Assembly: GCF_000092105.1 (NCBI RefSeq)
Contig: NC_014148.1
Coordinates: 540,001-572,000 of the forward strand
Source of the DNA: Planctopirus limnophila DSM 3776
Lineage (GTDB): Bacteria > Planctomycetota > Planctomycetia > Planctomycetales > Planctomycetaceae
Length of the DNA stretch: 32,000 bases
Reading direction: 5' to 3'
In this document: positions 19,984 through 31,700 of the stretch, piece after piece
Layout: each line of letters begins with the position of its first letter
Position numbering within the stretch: the first letter of the stretch is position 1
Notes under the pieces: generated by a model
Told to the model about the DNA's origin: nothing
What the model saw: the letters and a program-made list of their open reading frames with translations, nothing else
Database searches by the model: none
Translations under genes and position numbers: made by a program

Positions 19984-20209
19984 CCGAAGACAAGCGATTG
20001 AAGAAGATAATCAGACCTGCCCAATGAATTGATGAGCACTGCTCGATCAACGTGGCGTTACCAGATCGCAAGCACTGACTCGAAAGTACTGGCTCGAAGG
20101 CACTCAAATTCACAAATGACTCGCTCGGTGAGTCGAAGTCGACTCACCATCGTCTCGAACAGTTTCGTGGAGAGGTACTCTCTAGATTCTGCAGGAGTCG
20201 CGTCGTCAA

Positions 20210-20449
20210 TTAGTAAGAAGATTCGAGCTGTTCGCGTTCGAGATTGTATCGCTCCATAGCCTGAATCTGGTTGTATAACCTCGTTTCAGGGCCAGCGGGG
20301 AAATACTGGACATCGTCTTCGAGATAATAGGCTGAAGGCAATGTCTGTCCGCCGACAGTGGTCTGGAAGCAGCCCGACATCGAGGCTGAAGCCGACAGCA
20401 CCATCAGGGCGACTGACATCCGCCATCCGGTCGATTGCATTCCGTTCAT
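20210..20449 (-). CDS. Small predicted lipoprotein (79 aa), function unknown
   Basis: The ATG at 20449 is preceded by GGAAGAG. The signal peptide with lipobox is MNGMQSTGWRMSVALMVLSASASMSG|C. The longer 183-aa ORF (to 20761) has an N-terminal part that does not look like protein. Confidence 0.5.
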   Translation of the reverse strand: MNGMQSTGWRMSVALMVLSASASMSGCFQTTVGGQTLPSAYYLEDDVQYFPAGPETRLYNQIQAMERYNLEREQLESSY

Positions 20450-21028
20450 GATCTCTTCCTGGCCACAGGCGAAAATGGGGCCGCCCCGGGCGACCAATTC
20501 GACAATTCTGACAATCGATCTGGAAAGCATGGAATGTTCCATCTCTCCTGGCCTTCCAATCATCGGCGCCTGTTGGCCAGAAACTTCGCCACAATCCGCA
20601 TAACCCGTCAAATTCTTACGGTCGGTCGATTGATGAAAGGCAGTTTTCGTCAGTTCGCACCTCGGAAAATCAAAGGCTGGCATATTCCGCCGATGATTCC
20701 CCAATCGCCTGCCTGAAGACTCAGACTCGACTTGAAACAGCCATTTTGCCACGCAGACCAAAGGGCTCAGTCACCCTTTTCATACCCAGCGATCTGTCAG
20801 GCTGAGAGATCTTGATTTTCCAGCACTTGCTTCATGTCGTAAACTATTTTGAATAAATATGTTACGAATGTTAGAGTTGTCTTCTGAAGTCTCTTGACCA
20901 TAGCGAAGAATCCTGCGACTCGGAGTGTCAATTTTTCCTCGATTCTGGTACGATCTAAGTGACCTTAAGCCCTTGGCGCGAGAAGGATTGAGCCAGGGCA
21001 CAAGAGAGCAACACACAGCCGGGAGTGA

Positions 21029-23506
<2,478 letters not shown>

Positions 23507-23565
23507 CCCTTGTCACACGAACTTCAGTCACATGGGTTCCAGACATACAGATTCCAGGTTTGAAC

Positions 23566-23605
23566 AGCGCTTTGCGTGCCATGCTTGCGGCTCTGGGCAA
23601 GCATG
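23566..23605. repeat. Intergenic palindromic repeat element, copy A (downstream of gyrB)
   Basis: AGCGCTTTGCGTGCCATGCTTGCGGCTCTGGGCAAGCATG contains a 9-bp inverted repeat CATGCTTGC/GCAAGCATG around an 8-nt loop. It matches copy B at 35 of 40 positions. Confidence 0.65.
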
Positions 23606-23753
23606 TCTTCGCTTCAACACATCGCTGTTAGTTCGTAGGAAACGTCTGAGAGCGAAAATGGCTTTGATTTAAACAACTCGTCGTTTCAAATTGTGTTCTA
23701 TTTCAGTCCCTTGTGTTGATCATCCAATCGACGGCAGGAAGAAAAGCGAGATC

Positions 23754-24770
23754 ATGGAGACTCCTCGAACGACTTTCGAAGGTCCTCGCCCCATTCCCTT
23801 TCAAGCCCCTCAAGGCGATCTGGCGATCCTTTCAGGTACTGCCAATCCATTGCTGGCGCAGCATGTGGCCACGGCTCTGGGAGTCAGTCTGACTCCTTGC
23901 CGGGCTCATATTTTCAGTGAGGGAAATGTCTTTGTCCGCATTAAGGAAAATGTCCGGGGGAAAGATGCCTACATCATTCAAGGGTGTCATTTTCCGGTCA
24001 ACGACAACTTCATGGAGTTGCTCTTCTGGATTGACGCACTGAGGCGGGCCAGCGCTCAGAACATCACGGCTGTGATTCCTTTTTTCAGTTATGCACAAGG
24101 CGATAAAAAGGACGAACCTCGCGTTTCCATCAGGGCTCGCGTTTGTGCTGACGCCATTGAAGCGGCTGGTGCCGATCGTGTTCTGACCATGGATTTACAC
24201 AGCCCGCAGATTCAGGGGTTCTTTCGTGTTCCTGTTGATCATCTTTATGGTCGGCAGGTACTGGCTGAACATGTCCGCAGGCTGCAGATTCCAGATCTCG
24301 TGGTGTGCAGCCCGGATGTGGGCTTCGCGAAGGGAGCAGCAGCTTACGCTAATCTGCTGGGGACTCCAGTGGTCATCGGTAACAAACAGCGGACAGACCA
24401 CTCCGAAACGGTGGAAGTGCTGGAAGTGATTGGTGATGTCAAGGATCGTAATGTGCTGCTCGTTGACGATCTGACAATCACGGGCCGCTCTTTGATCGCA
24501 ATGGCTGAGACGTTAAAGAAGCGGGGTGCCCGAGATGTTTATGCCGCTGTGACTCACGCAGTCCTTTCGAAAGGGGCCAGTGAGCGGATTGCACAAAGTC
24601 AGATCAAGTTGATGTTCGTGACGGATACCATCGAGAACTCGTTCGATCCGCTTCCGCCGAATGTTCAGGTGGTGACAGTCGCCCCACTGTTCGCAGAAGC
24701 CATTCGCTCCATCCACGAGCGCACCAGCATCAGTATGCTCTTTCCGGATGGACGTCCCATTTGCCCCTGA
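23754..24770 (+). CDS. prs: Ribose-phosphate pyrophosphokinase (PRPP synthetase)
   Basis: Prs-like blocks are present: NDNFMELLFWIDALRRASA, TMDLHSPQIQGFF, and VLLVDDLTITGRSL (PRPP-binding loop). The ORF opens at 23691, but the ATG at 23754 follows AGGAAGAAAAG. Confidence 0.9.
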   Translation: METPRTTFEGPRPIPFQAPQGDLAILSGTANPLLAQHVATALGVSLTPCRAHIFSEGNVFVRIKENVRGKDAYIIQGCHFPVNDNFMELLFWIDALRRASAQNITAVIPFFSYAQGDKKDEPRVSIRARVCADAIEAAGADRVLTMDLHSPQIQGFFRVPVDHLYGRQVLAEHVRRLQIPDLVVCSPDVGFAKGAAAYANLLGTPVVIGNKQRTDHSETVEVLEVIGDVKDRNVLLVDDLTITGRSLIAMAETLKKRGARDVYAAVTHAVLSKGASERIAQSQIKLMFVTDTIENSFDPLPPNVQVVTVAPLFAEAIRSIHERTSISMLFPDGRPICP

Positions 24771-24790
24771 AAACATCCCCGCGTGTTAAG

Positions 24791-24830
24791 AGCGCTTTAT
24801 GTGCCATGCTTGCAGCTCGGAGCAAGCATG
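24791..24830. repeat. Intergenic palindromic repeat element, copy B (downstream of prs)
   Basis: AGCGCTTTATGTGCCATGCTTGCAGCTCGGAGCAAGCATG has the same 9-bp inverted repeat arms as copy A. A shared TCAACACA motif lies about 10-15 nt further downstream in both copies. Confidence 0.65.
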
Positions 24831-25016
24831 CTTGACTGGCCCTCAACACACCATTGAATTCTGGGCGCAGTTCGCCGGCGATCTTCATGAGCCCCAAAAA
24901 GCTGGAATAAGCTCCACGATGTCACATTGACCGGCAATCAGGACGTTGCGGGTAGCTCCTGCCTGACGAAACCATGCGTCACAATCCATGTGAGAATCGT
25001 CAAAATGGTGAGAAAG

Positions 25017-25089
25017 AGCCTCCAACTGGATTCGAACCAGCGACCTACGCTTTACGAAAGCGTCGCTCTGCCAGCTGAGCTACGGAGGC
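25017..25089 (-). tRNA. tRNA-Thr (anticodon CGT)
   Basis: The reverse complement reads GCCTCCGTAGCTCAGCTGGCAGAGCGACGCTTTCGTAAAGCGTAGGTCGCTGGTTCGAATCCAGTTGGAGGCT. The anticodon stem is ACGCT/AGCGT with loop TTCGTAA. No encoded CCA. Confidence 0.9.
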
Positions 25090-25102
25090 GTTCTGTACAG
25101 AA

Positions 25103-25130
25103 AATGTACCAGAAAGTATTTTCACGACAA
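25103..25130 (-). promoter_or_regulatory. Candidate promoter for tRNA-Thr(CGT): TTGTCG - 16 nt - TACATT
   Basis: The hexamers were read on the minus strand. The -10 element ends 13 nt before the mature tRNA 5' end. Confidence 0.3.
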
Positions 25131-25342
25131 GCCAGCGACTTTCGACTCAGCTTGAATTCTCAGGAACAACACAGCAGACCTCAGCCAAATCCGCATGAAT
25201 GAACAGAGCCCCGGAATCAGATATCAGCCACTGCGGACTGGAATTCTGAGTGCGAAGTGATGATTCTCACGGGGATATTCATGGTCCTCAGATATTGTCG
25301 GGAAAACATCGCATTCATTTCCGCGGGATGACTAAAATTTGA

Positions 25343-26248
25343 GTGTCAGAGCTTCCGACCCGCATCCTACTCATGAAATATCTCGTGACGAATTCACTTT
25401 CACCAGCGGTCAACTACTCAGCCATAGCAGCTCGATATGCTCTTGCCGAACAGGATGTCGCGCAACTGGCGTTGAACCTCAAGAGTGTGGAACAGGAGAT
25501 CATCCGGTCTTGCGAGAAGTCTGGTCGTCTCCCGAACGAAGTGACGCTGATTGCTGTCACGAAATACGTTCACGCGCCGGTGATTGCCGCCCTGTATGAT
25601 TTGGGTGTGCGCGATGTCGGCGAAAGTCGCCCGCAGAACCTGGCTCTCCGCCGCTGTGAAGTCGAGGCTTTGTTCCCATCCACTACCAGCGGTTCGACTC
25701 GTGACGAGGGGACATTAGCCGATTTGAAATGGCATCTGATTGGTCATTTGCAGCGAAATAAAGCCGAGCTCGCAGTCAGTAAAGCGGATGCGATCCATTC
25801 GTGCGATAGCGAACGACTGCTGACGAGGCTGGATCAACTTTTATCGGCCACGCCGCGTCCATTGCCCCTCTTCCTCGAGATCAACATCAGTGGAGAAGTC
25901 TCGAAGCATGGATTCACACCCGATGAAGCGCGAGCCTGGTGGCGAGCGCAGGCTGTCGAGCGTCCAGCAGGTTGTATGGCCCAGAGCCACCTGCCTGTCG
26001 GCCTGATGACAATGGCCCCGATCGATGCTTCGCCGGCAGAACTCGTGCAGATTTTCAGCGGCCTCAAGGACCTGAAAATCGAGTTGGAAGCGATGTCCTC
26101 GGAGCATCGCTTGCCATGGCTTTCGATGGGCATGAGTGGCGATTTTCCCATCGCGATCGAATGCGGTGCCACACATGTGCGTGTGGGCTCCCGGCTTTAT
26201 CAAGGTCTGTCAAATCGCTGCTTCCTCAACGACACGCCACCAGCCTGA
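25343..26248 (+). CDS. yggS: YggS-family pyridoxal-phosphate-binding protein (PLP homeostasis protein)
   Basis: LIAVTKYV (PLP lysine), GESRPQ, WHLIGHLQRNK and SMGMSGDFPIAIECGATHVRVGSRLY are present. The start is uncertain between GTG 25343 and ATG 25373. Confidence 0.8.
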   Translation: MSELPTRILLMKYLVTNSLSPAVNYSAIAARYALAEQDVAQLALNLKSVEQEIIRSCEKSGRLPNEVTLIAVTKYVHAPVIAALYDLGVRDVGESRPQNLALRRCEVEALFPSTTSGSTRDEGTLADLKWHLIGHLQRNKAELAVSKADAIHSCDSERLLTRLDQLLSATPRPLPLFLEINISGEVSKHGFTPDEARAWWRAQAVERPAGCMAQSHLPVGLMTMAPIDASPAELVQIFSGLKDLKIELEAMSSEHRLPWLSMGMSGDFPIAIECGATHVRVGSRLYQGLSNRCFLNDTPPA

Positions 26249-26323
26249 TCAATCCTCACGGAGTTCATGGGGAGCAATAAAACAAGGTTTTTAAGCTCGA
26301 ACCGGCAAAAGACTTCGATTCGT

Positions 26324-26875
26324 TCACGGAAGATCATGGTAGATCAATTGGGATTTTCCAGCGACGATAGCCAGACCCGCAGGGATCTGACCCTGGCGCA
26401 ATTCCTCGATCAACAGTTGATCGTCGATCTTCTCCCAGAGGGGAGTTTTTCGAGCGATCGTTAATTTTTGCCGCAGCCCGGGATCCGTTTTGATTTTCGA
26501 GATCACCACTGGCCTGTTGGTCGGTTGAAGATGGCGGGCCGGTTGAAGATCACGAGCCGGTGAGATTCGACGATCTGGTGCTCTGGCTAGCGCAGGCTGC
26601 TGTCCGACAACTGGACTCAGGCGTTTATTGTCGATCGGAAGAACTGGTTCCTTCGTTGGTGAATGAGGTGCCGGGGCGTGTTGCACGAATCGGGCTGTTT
26701 CGGTGATCACCACTTGCCAGGCTGCGAACAACCCCGCACCGCAGAACATCAGCATGATTCCCCACCGGGTGGCCACACGCCGATCTCTGCGTCGCTGGCC
26801 AGTCTGCTTCGCCAGCATCAGGATGGCCTCTTTTCGTCGCTCACCTTCGCGACTCAAGTGCGCTTCATCGATCAT
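26324..26875 (-). CDS. Single-pass membrane protein overlapping the ECF sigma gene; putative anti-sigma factor
   Basis: The ATG at 26875 overlaps the sigma stop (ATGATCGATGA). It has a short cytoplasmic N-terminus, one TM helix (WGIMLMFCGAGLFAAWQVVI) and an extracytoplasmic C-terminal domain of about 120 aa. There is no HxxxCxxC zinc motif. The call rests mainly on position. Confidence 0.45.
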   Translation of the reverse strand: MIDEAHLSREGERRKEAILMLAKQTGQRRRDRRVATRWGIMLMFCGAGLFAAWQVVITETARFVQHAPAPHSPTKEPVLPIDNKRLSPVVGQQPALARAPDRRISPARDLQPARHLQPTNRPVVISKIKTDPGLRQKLTIARKTPLWEKIDDQLLIEELRQGQIPAGLAIVAGKSQLIYHDLP

Positions 26876-27509
26876 AACTTCCTCCCCCGTTGATGGCAGG
26901 ACGAATGGTTTCGCATGGATAGCCTGGTATTGAAGTCGTAATCTCTTCGAATGCACCCTGAGACATTGCGGCTTTCTTCAATCGATTAATGGCTCGACGC
27001 AGCCTGCCATCGACCGTCGCGATCGACAATCCTAGAAACTCAGCCATGCGGTCGAGTGTCCACGATTGTTGATAGCGCAGATCAATCATCTGAGCGAGTT
27101 CCGGATCGAATTGTGAGAGCTGTTGTCGTAACCAGACCAGGCGGTCATGCGCTTCCTCGTCACCAGCCAGTGCGGCAGGCACTATGCCAACTGTCAGCTG
27201 TCGGCCTTGAACCGCCGTTTGTTCTCGCTTCTGGCGGCGGGCTTCCGCTTTGAGCAGATCGTAAGCTGTCGATTTCACCACCAGATCCAGCCATGCAGTG
27301 AGATGCTGTTGATTCTCTATCGGCTTAATACAGCGGAGAATTCGCAGCATGGCTTCCTGCACCACATCGAGACCGAACGACTCGTCGCGTCCGGTGATGC
27401 GCCGAGCCGTTCGGTAAATTTGTGGAAAGTATTCCCGATAGAACTCTTCAATAGCCTTCACAGATCCAGCAGACATCGCTCGGGTGAGTTCGCTGATGGG
27501 CTGATGCAC
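26865..27509 (-). CDS. ECF-type RNA polymerase sigma factor (sigma-70 family, regions 2 and 4)
   Basis: Region 2-like sequence is FYREYFPQIYRTARRITGRDESFGLDVVQEAMLRIL and region 4-like is DLRYQQSWTLDRMAEFLGLSIATVDGRLRRAINRLKK. The start is GTG at 27509, or Met12 at 27476. Confidence 0.8.
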   Translation of the reverse strand: MHQPISELTRAMSAGSVKAIEEFYREYFPQIYRTARRITGRDESFGLDVVQEAMLRILRCIKPIENQQHLTAWLDLVVKSTAYDLLKAEARRQKREQTAVQGRQLTVGIVPAALAGDEEAHDRLVWLRQQLSQFDPELAQMIDLRYQQSWTLDRMAEFLGLSIATVDGRLRRAINRLKKAAMSQGAFEEITTSIPGYPCETIRPAINGGGSYDR

Positions 27510-27573
27510 ATGGTTTCTCGGTTGCAGGTATTAGATCGATCGGGGAATCGTCTCAGAGAGCAATCCTTTGAAA

Positions 27574-28422
27574 CTACTTGGCCGCTGCCGATTTTTCGAG
27601 AGCATCGAGTCTTTTCTGCATGGCGGCGAGTTCGCTTGAGGTCGCTTCAGAGGTTTGCTTTAACTTTTCCATGACAGAAACAATTCGCGGCAACGCCTCC
27701 GACAGTTGATGGATCTGTGCTGCCATCTTTTCCAGTTCAGCCTGAGATGACTCGGCTGCATTTGCCATTTCCAATTCTTCTGCCGTCGGTGTGAGAGCGA
27801 TAATCGCCTCCTCGATAGCGGCGACCTGCTCCAGAGTTCCTCGAATCAGCACGGTTTCGGTTCCTTCATGCACCTTCATGGAGACCGAATTGGATTCTCC
27901 AATCGCTTCGAGAGTAGCCTGGAGGAGTGAGAGAGTTTCATCCAACGCTGCTCGACGATCATCAGACCTGCTTAAAATGGTTCGCAAAGAGAAGATCTTC
28001 AAAACATTTTCCGGGGCATCTTCGGTGTAGTCGACTCGAAACATCGTAATGCGATCAGAATTCCCTTCGCCGTCATCAATCGTTTCATAGGCAAGACCCG
28101 GAACGGAGATTTCCAGCAGCCTCAGGATATTTCTCAGTTTCACATTCTTGAGTGCAATGTTCGGCAGAACGGGATCGGTGGCAGGGACATTGGATTTGGT
28201 AATCACAATGGCCTGAAACCCCGGATAGACCTCTTTCAGGTGCTCAATCGCTTCTGATAATCGCACACCCTCCAGTTGAACTTCTGCAATCACCCGATCC
28301 TCGACTGCGACTTGGCTTTCCGCCGGAGCGTCGGTTTCCTGGGCCATCAGTAGCGAAGGGAAAGCTGCCAGCCATGTCAGGCAAATGGCAAAGAGGGCGG
28401 TTACAGAGCGTTTCAAAAGCAT
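27574..28422 (-). CDS. Secreted protein with STN/secretin-N-like domains and a C-terminal coiled coil (no barrel domain)
   Basis: The ATG at 28422 follows AAGGA. The signal peptide is MLLKRSVTALFAICLTWLAAFPSLLMAQE. VQLEGVRLSEAIEHLKEVYPGFQAIV...KNVKLRNILRLL looks N0/STN-like, and SVSMKVHEGTETVLIRGTLEQVAAIEEAI looks like a secretin-N short domain. The last 70 aa or so are Ala/Glu/Lys/Gln-rich with a heptad-like pattern. Confidence 0.45.
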   Translation of the reverse strand: MLLKRSVTALFAICLTWLAAFPSLLMAQETDAPAESQVAVEDRVIAEVQLEGVRLSEAIEHLKEVYPGFQAIVITKSNVPATDPVLPNIALKNVKLRNILRLLEISVPGLAYETIDDGEGNSDRITMFRVDYTEDAPENVLKIFSLRTILSRSDDRRAALDETLSLLQATLEAIGESNSVSMKVHEGTETVLIRGTLEQVAAIEEAIIALTPTAEELEMANAAESSQAELEKMAAQIHQLSEALPRIVSVMEKLKQTSEATSSELAAMQKRLDALEKSAAAK

Positions 28423-28701
28423 GTTGAGTTCCTTGAAAGAGTGATTCGGTGACCGCAATCCTATCACGAACCCTGTTCATCAGGACGTCATCGATTCGCC
28501 AGGCTCAGGATGTCGTATCATCGAGAAGTGGATGCAGACTTTTGAGGCACAGCCTGTGACAAGGTAAACCCTGTGAGACTTTGCCTGACAGCCAGCCAAC
28601 GCCAACGATGACAATTGAAAAACGACGCCCAGGTTCTGATTTCTCGCGAAAAATCGGGAAATCGAGATTTCTTTGGGAAATGGATTGCGGCTCTGGCTCC
28701 T

Positions 28702-28744
28702 AAAAAACGAAGGCGGGGTTGGTCTAATCAGATCAACCCCGCCT
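28702..28744 (-). terminator. Rho-independent terminator (minus strand) after the giant exoprotein gene
   Basis: Perfect 11-bp stem AGGCGGGGTTG/CAACCCCGCCT (28711-28721 / 28734-28744), extendable by 4 further pairs. On the minus strand it is followed by TCGTTTTTT. It lies 44 nt downstream of the stop at 28788-28790. Confidence 0.75.
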
Positions 28745-28787
28745 CGAATTCTCACCGCAAGTGCCGGGCACTCACGCTGGCATCAGG

Positions 28788-31700
28788 TTATGGGAGTCTT
28801 CCCCAGCCGAATGGCATGTTATCGATACCAAATGGGCCACCACCCGTAGCTCCAACTCCCCCTGCTGATCCTGTGCCGATATAAGCGGGGGCATCAAAGA
28901 TGAATAGGGTTCCACCAAATCCAACGTTGGCCGCATTGGCATTCGCGTTGACACGGAAGGTGCTTTCTCCAAGACCTGGGAACAGGAAGTTATCAGAGCC
29001 ACCATTGGCAGGAATATTAATCGTCGGTGGTAACGTAAACCGGGCTGCCAGACGTTGGGCATTACGGGCACGGGTGTCACTGCCGAATGGACCATTAACA
29101 CTGCCAGGAGCACCTGGAGCAGTAGACCCACCCGGATCGGTTGTACGCGATTTGAACACTGCTTCAGAGTTGGTGTAACTTGCCCCGGTTCGAGTGGCGA
29201 TGATGCCTTGTCCGGTGTTCCCGGTGAAAGTCAAATCAAGGCGGGCCAGGGGGTCAGATTGGTAGTTCGTCGGCGTGAACAAGTTATTTGCAGGATTAAA
29301 AACGGCTGTGTTGTCGTAGTTCCAAGTGCCCCCAGTCGCACCAGGGTTTGATGTGGAAACAAACGATTCAAAGGTCACGTCTGCACCGAAGTGGCCCCCG
29401 AAGATGTTATCTGTAACGCTGGCAATCACACCACCTCGCCCGCCAGCGGCAAACCCACCCTCATCATCAAAACCATCCCCACCATCACTCGTCCCAACTC
29501 GCAATACCAGGCCCGTGGTATCAAAGACTGCCGCCGGGTTACTGATCCGTCCGTTAGCCGTGACTTCATTCGTATCTACGTTCAGTTGCAGATTTGGAGA
29601 AGCAAAGATGGAACCGTTTGCCAGCAACGCGGTATTGGCGTTCGCGTCGGCGTCCTGTGTCGTCGAGGCCGTGTTGACAACATAGATACCTTCCAACTGG
29701 TTCCGGCGAACCTGGTTCTGGTTGCCAATCGTTCCATCACCAATCGTGAAGACTGTGTTAGCGTCCCCGCGATTGAGCAGGTTGATCCCGCGTCTTGTGT
29801 TCTGAGCAATATCATTGTTCGTCAGAACGACGTTGTTGGGCCCAAGCGGCAAATTTCCAGAGCCGGTGGCGACATACTGCAGACCGTCACCCGTGTTGAG
29901 AGCAATCAGGTTGTTGTCGATCGTGGCAGTCAGTATAGCTCCACTGGAATTCAACTGGATACCGTCGTTACCAGAATTGGTAACGTCGTTGTCGGCAATC
30001 TGAAGGTTGTTGATGCCACCAGATGTAACCAGGATCCCGTTGGAACCGTTGGCATCGATAGTATTGTTGACAATCGTGTCAACCGTCTGAGCATTGGTGT
30101 TCGGATTGAAGCTCGAACCGGAAATGTTAATTCCGTTCGCTGTGTTCTCGCTGATGGTGTTGTCGGTGATTGACAGTGAATGAGCCACTGAAACGTCAAT
30201 ACCGTCATTACCATTTCCAACAATCGTATTGTTGGTGATCACACTGCTGATGAAGGGGGTATCGGTAAGAGCGGAATTGACTGAGAACTGGATCCCGTCG
30301 CCGCCGTTGTTCTGGATTGAGTTGGTATCAATATCAACCTGCAGGTCAGCATCCGCCACCAGCTGGGCAGTAATACCGCGGGCCCGGTTGTTATCGATGG
30401 TGTTGTTGGTGATCGTGTAGACATCAGCATCGAGATTGCGGGCACGGGCGGTGATATCAATACCGTCGCTGTTGCCCGTGATGATGTTGTTGTCGATCAG
30501 CACATTGCGGATGAACGAGTCGGCTTCACGGTCAAAGTGGAGACCATCACCAGCCCCTTCATTGGCGTTGAAGGTCGACCCGGTAATCGAGACGTCGGTG
30601 ACATCAGCAAACGATCTCGTATTGAGCGAGAAGCCATGGCTTCCGTTTGCTGAAGAATCGATATTCTGCACCACAATCGAAGGCACGGTCACATTCGGTG
30701 CCAGCGTGTTGTCAGTGAGGGTGATTTCGATACCCTCAGCGTTGTTTCCGTTGAACAGTGTTCCGGTGGTGTCGGTCGCATCCCCGATGGTAATGCCACC
30801 ATAAGTGGCCGATCCGACACCCCGCAACGAGAGACCCTGGCCAGCGTAACCTGCGACCGTACCAAGCTGTGTGTTCGAGATGGTCGTGCCCGAGATATCA
30901 ACCGTAGCCCCGGCGGTGTTGCTGAGAGCCACTGCGACACCCGCCCCGCGGTTGTTGTCGACAATATTGACGAGGCTGGGGTTGGCTCCCGCTTCCATCG
31001 TCAGGTTGACGGCATTGGCATTTGTGCCATTAGCAACAATGTTAATCCCGATACCTGTGTTGTTGTTGACACGGTTGTTGGCAAAGGTTGTTGTGAGCTG
31101 CGAACCATTCTGGACGAGGAAGTTCACGCCTTCGGCACCGTTGGCAGAAATCGAAGCATTATCGGTGAAGGTCATCGTCGCCTGAGCGGTATCCGCCAGG
31201 ACGAGATTCACACCTTGATCGCCGTTGTTATCAATCGTGTTATTCGTGAAAGTCTGGTTCAGGATCGTTGTTGAATTGGCGGCGAGATTGATACCCGCAC
31301 CACCTGTGTTGTTGGTGATGGTGTTCGCATCGTAGACGATATCGATTGAGCTGCCGCTGGTGGGGTTGATCATGCGGATACCGTCGCCGCCGATGTGGCC
31401 GTCGATGGTGTTGTTGCTGATCGTACCGCCGATGGTGCTGTTGACGACGTTGAACTCGATGCCGTTTAGGCCGTTATTGGCAATGCTGGCCAGAGCCGCA
31501 TGGGGTGCCATCGCCTGAGTGACAGTGAAGTTGGTTGTGCGGACAACCTCAGCCGTGGATGAGGGGCTGGATGGAGTGGATCCGCTGGTGATAGCCTGCA
31601 AATAGGGATCGGAGGCGTTGATGTTGACCACATAGCCCTGGTCGGCCAGTGAAGCTGTTGTCGTGCGGCTGATCGGGTTGTCCACACCGGGGTTCAAGAA

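Noticed and set aside
20450-20761. N-terminal extension making the lipoprotein ORF 183 aa
   Set aside because: The extension has no protein-like character. The internal ATG at 20449 has a good RBS and starts a textbook lipoprotein signal peptide.
24927-25202. 91-aa plus-strand ORF between prs and yggS
   Set aside because: It overlaps the minus-strand tRNA-Thr(CGT) gene completely, so it is an artefact.
28480-28755. 91-aa minus-strand ORF between the giant gene and the STN-like gene
   Set aside because: It runs straight through the terminator hairpin at 28702-28744. There is no RBS and the composition is not protein-like.
29391-30173. 260-aa plus-strand ORF and other plus-strand ORFs (29055-31185) opposite the beta-helix gene
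   Set aside because: The repetitive Asn/Gly/Thr/Ile codon usage of the minus-strand beta-helix repeats keeps antisense frames open. The minus-strand frame is continuous for more than 1068 codons with coherent repeats.
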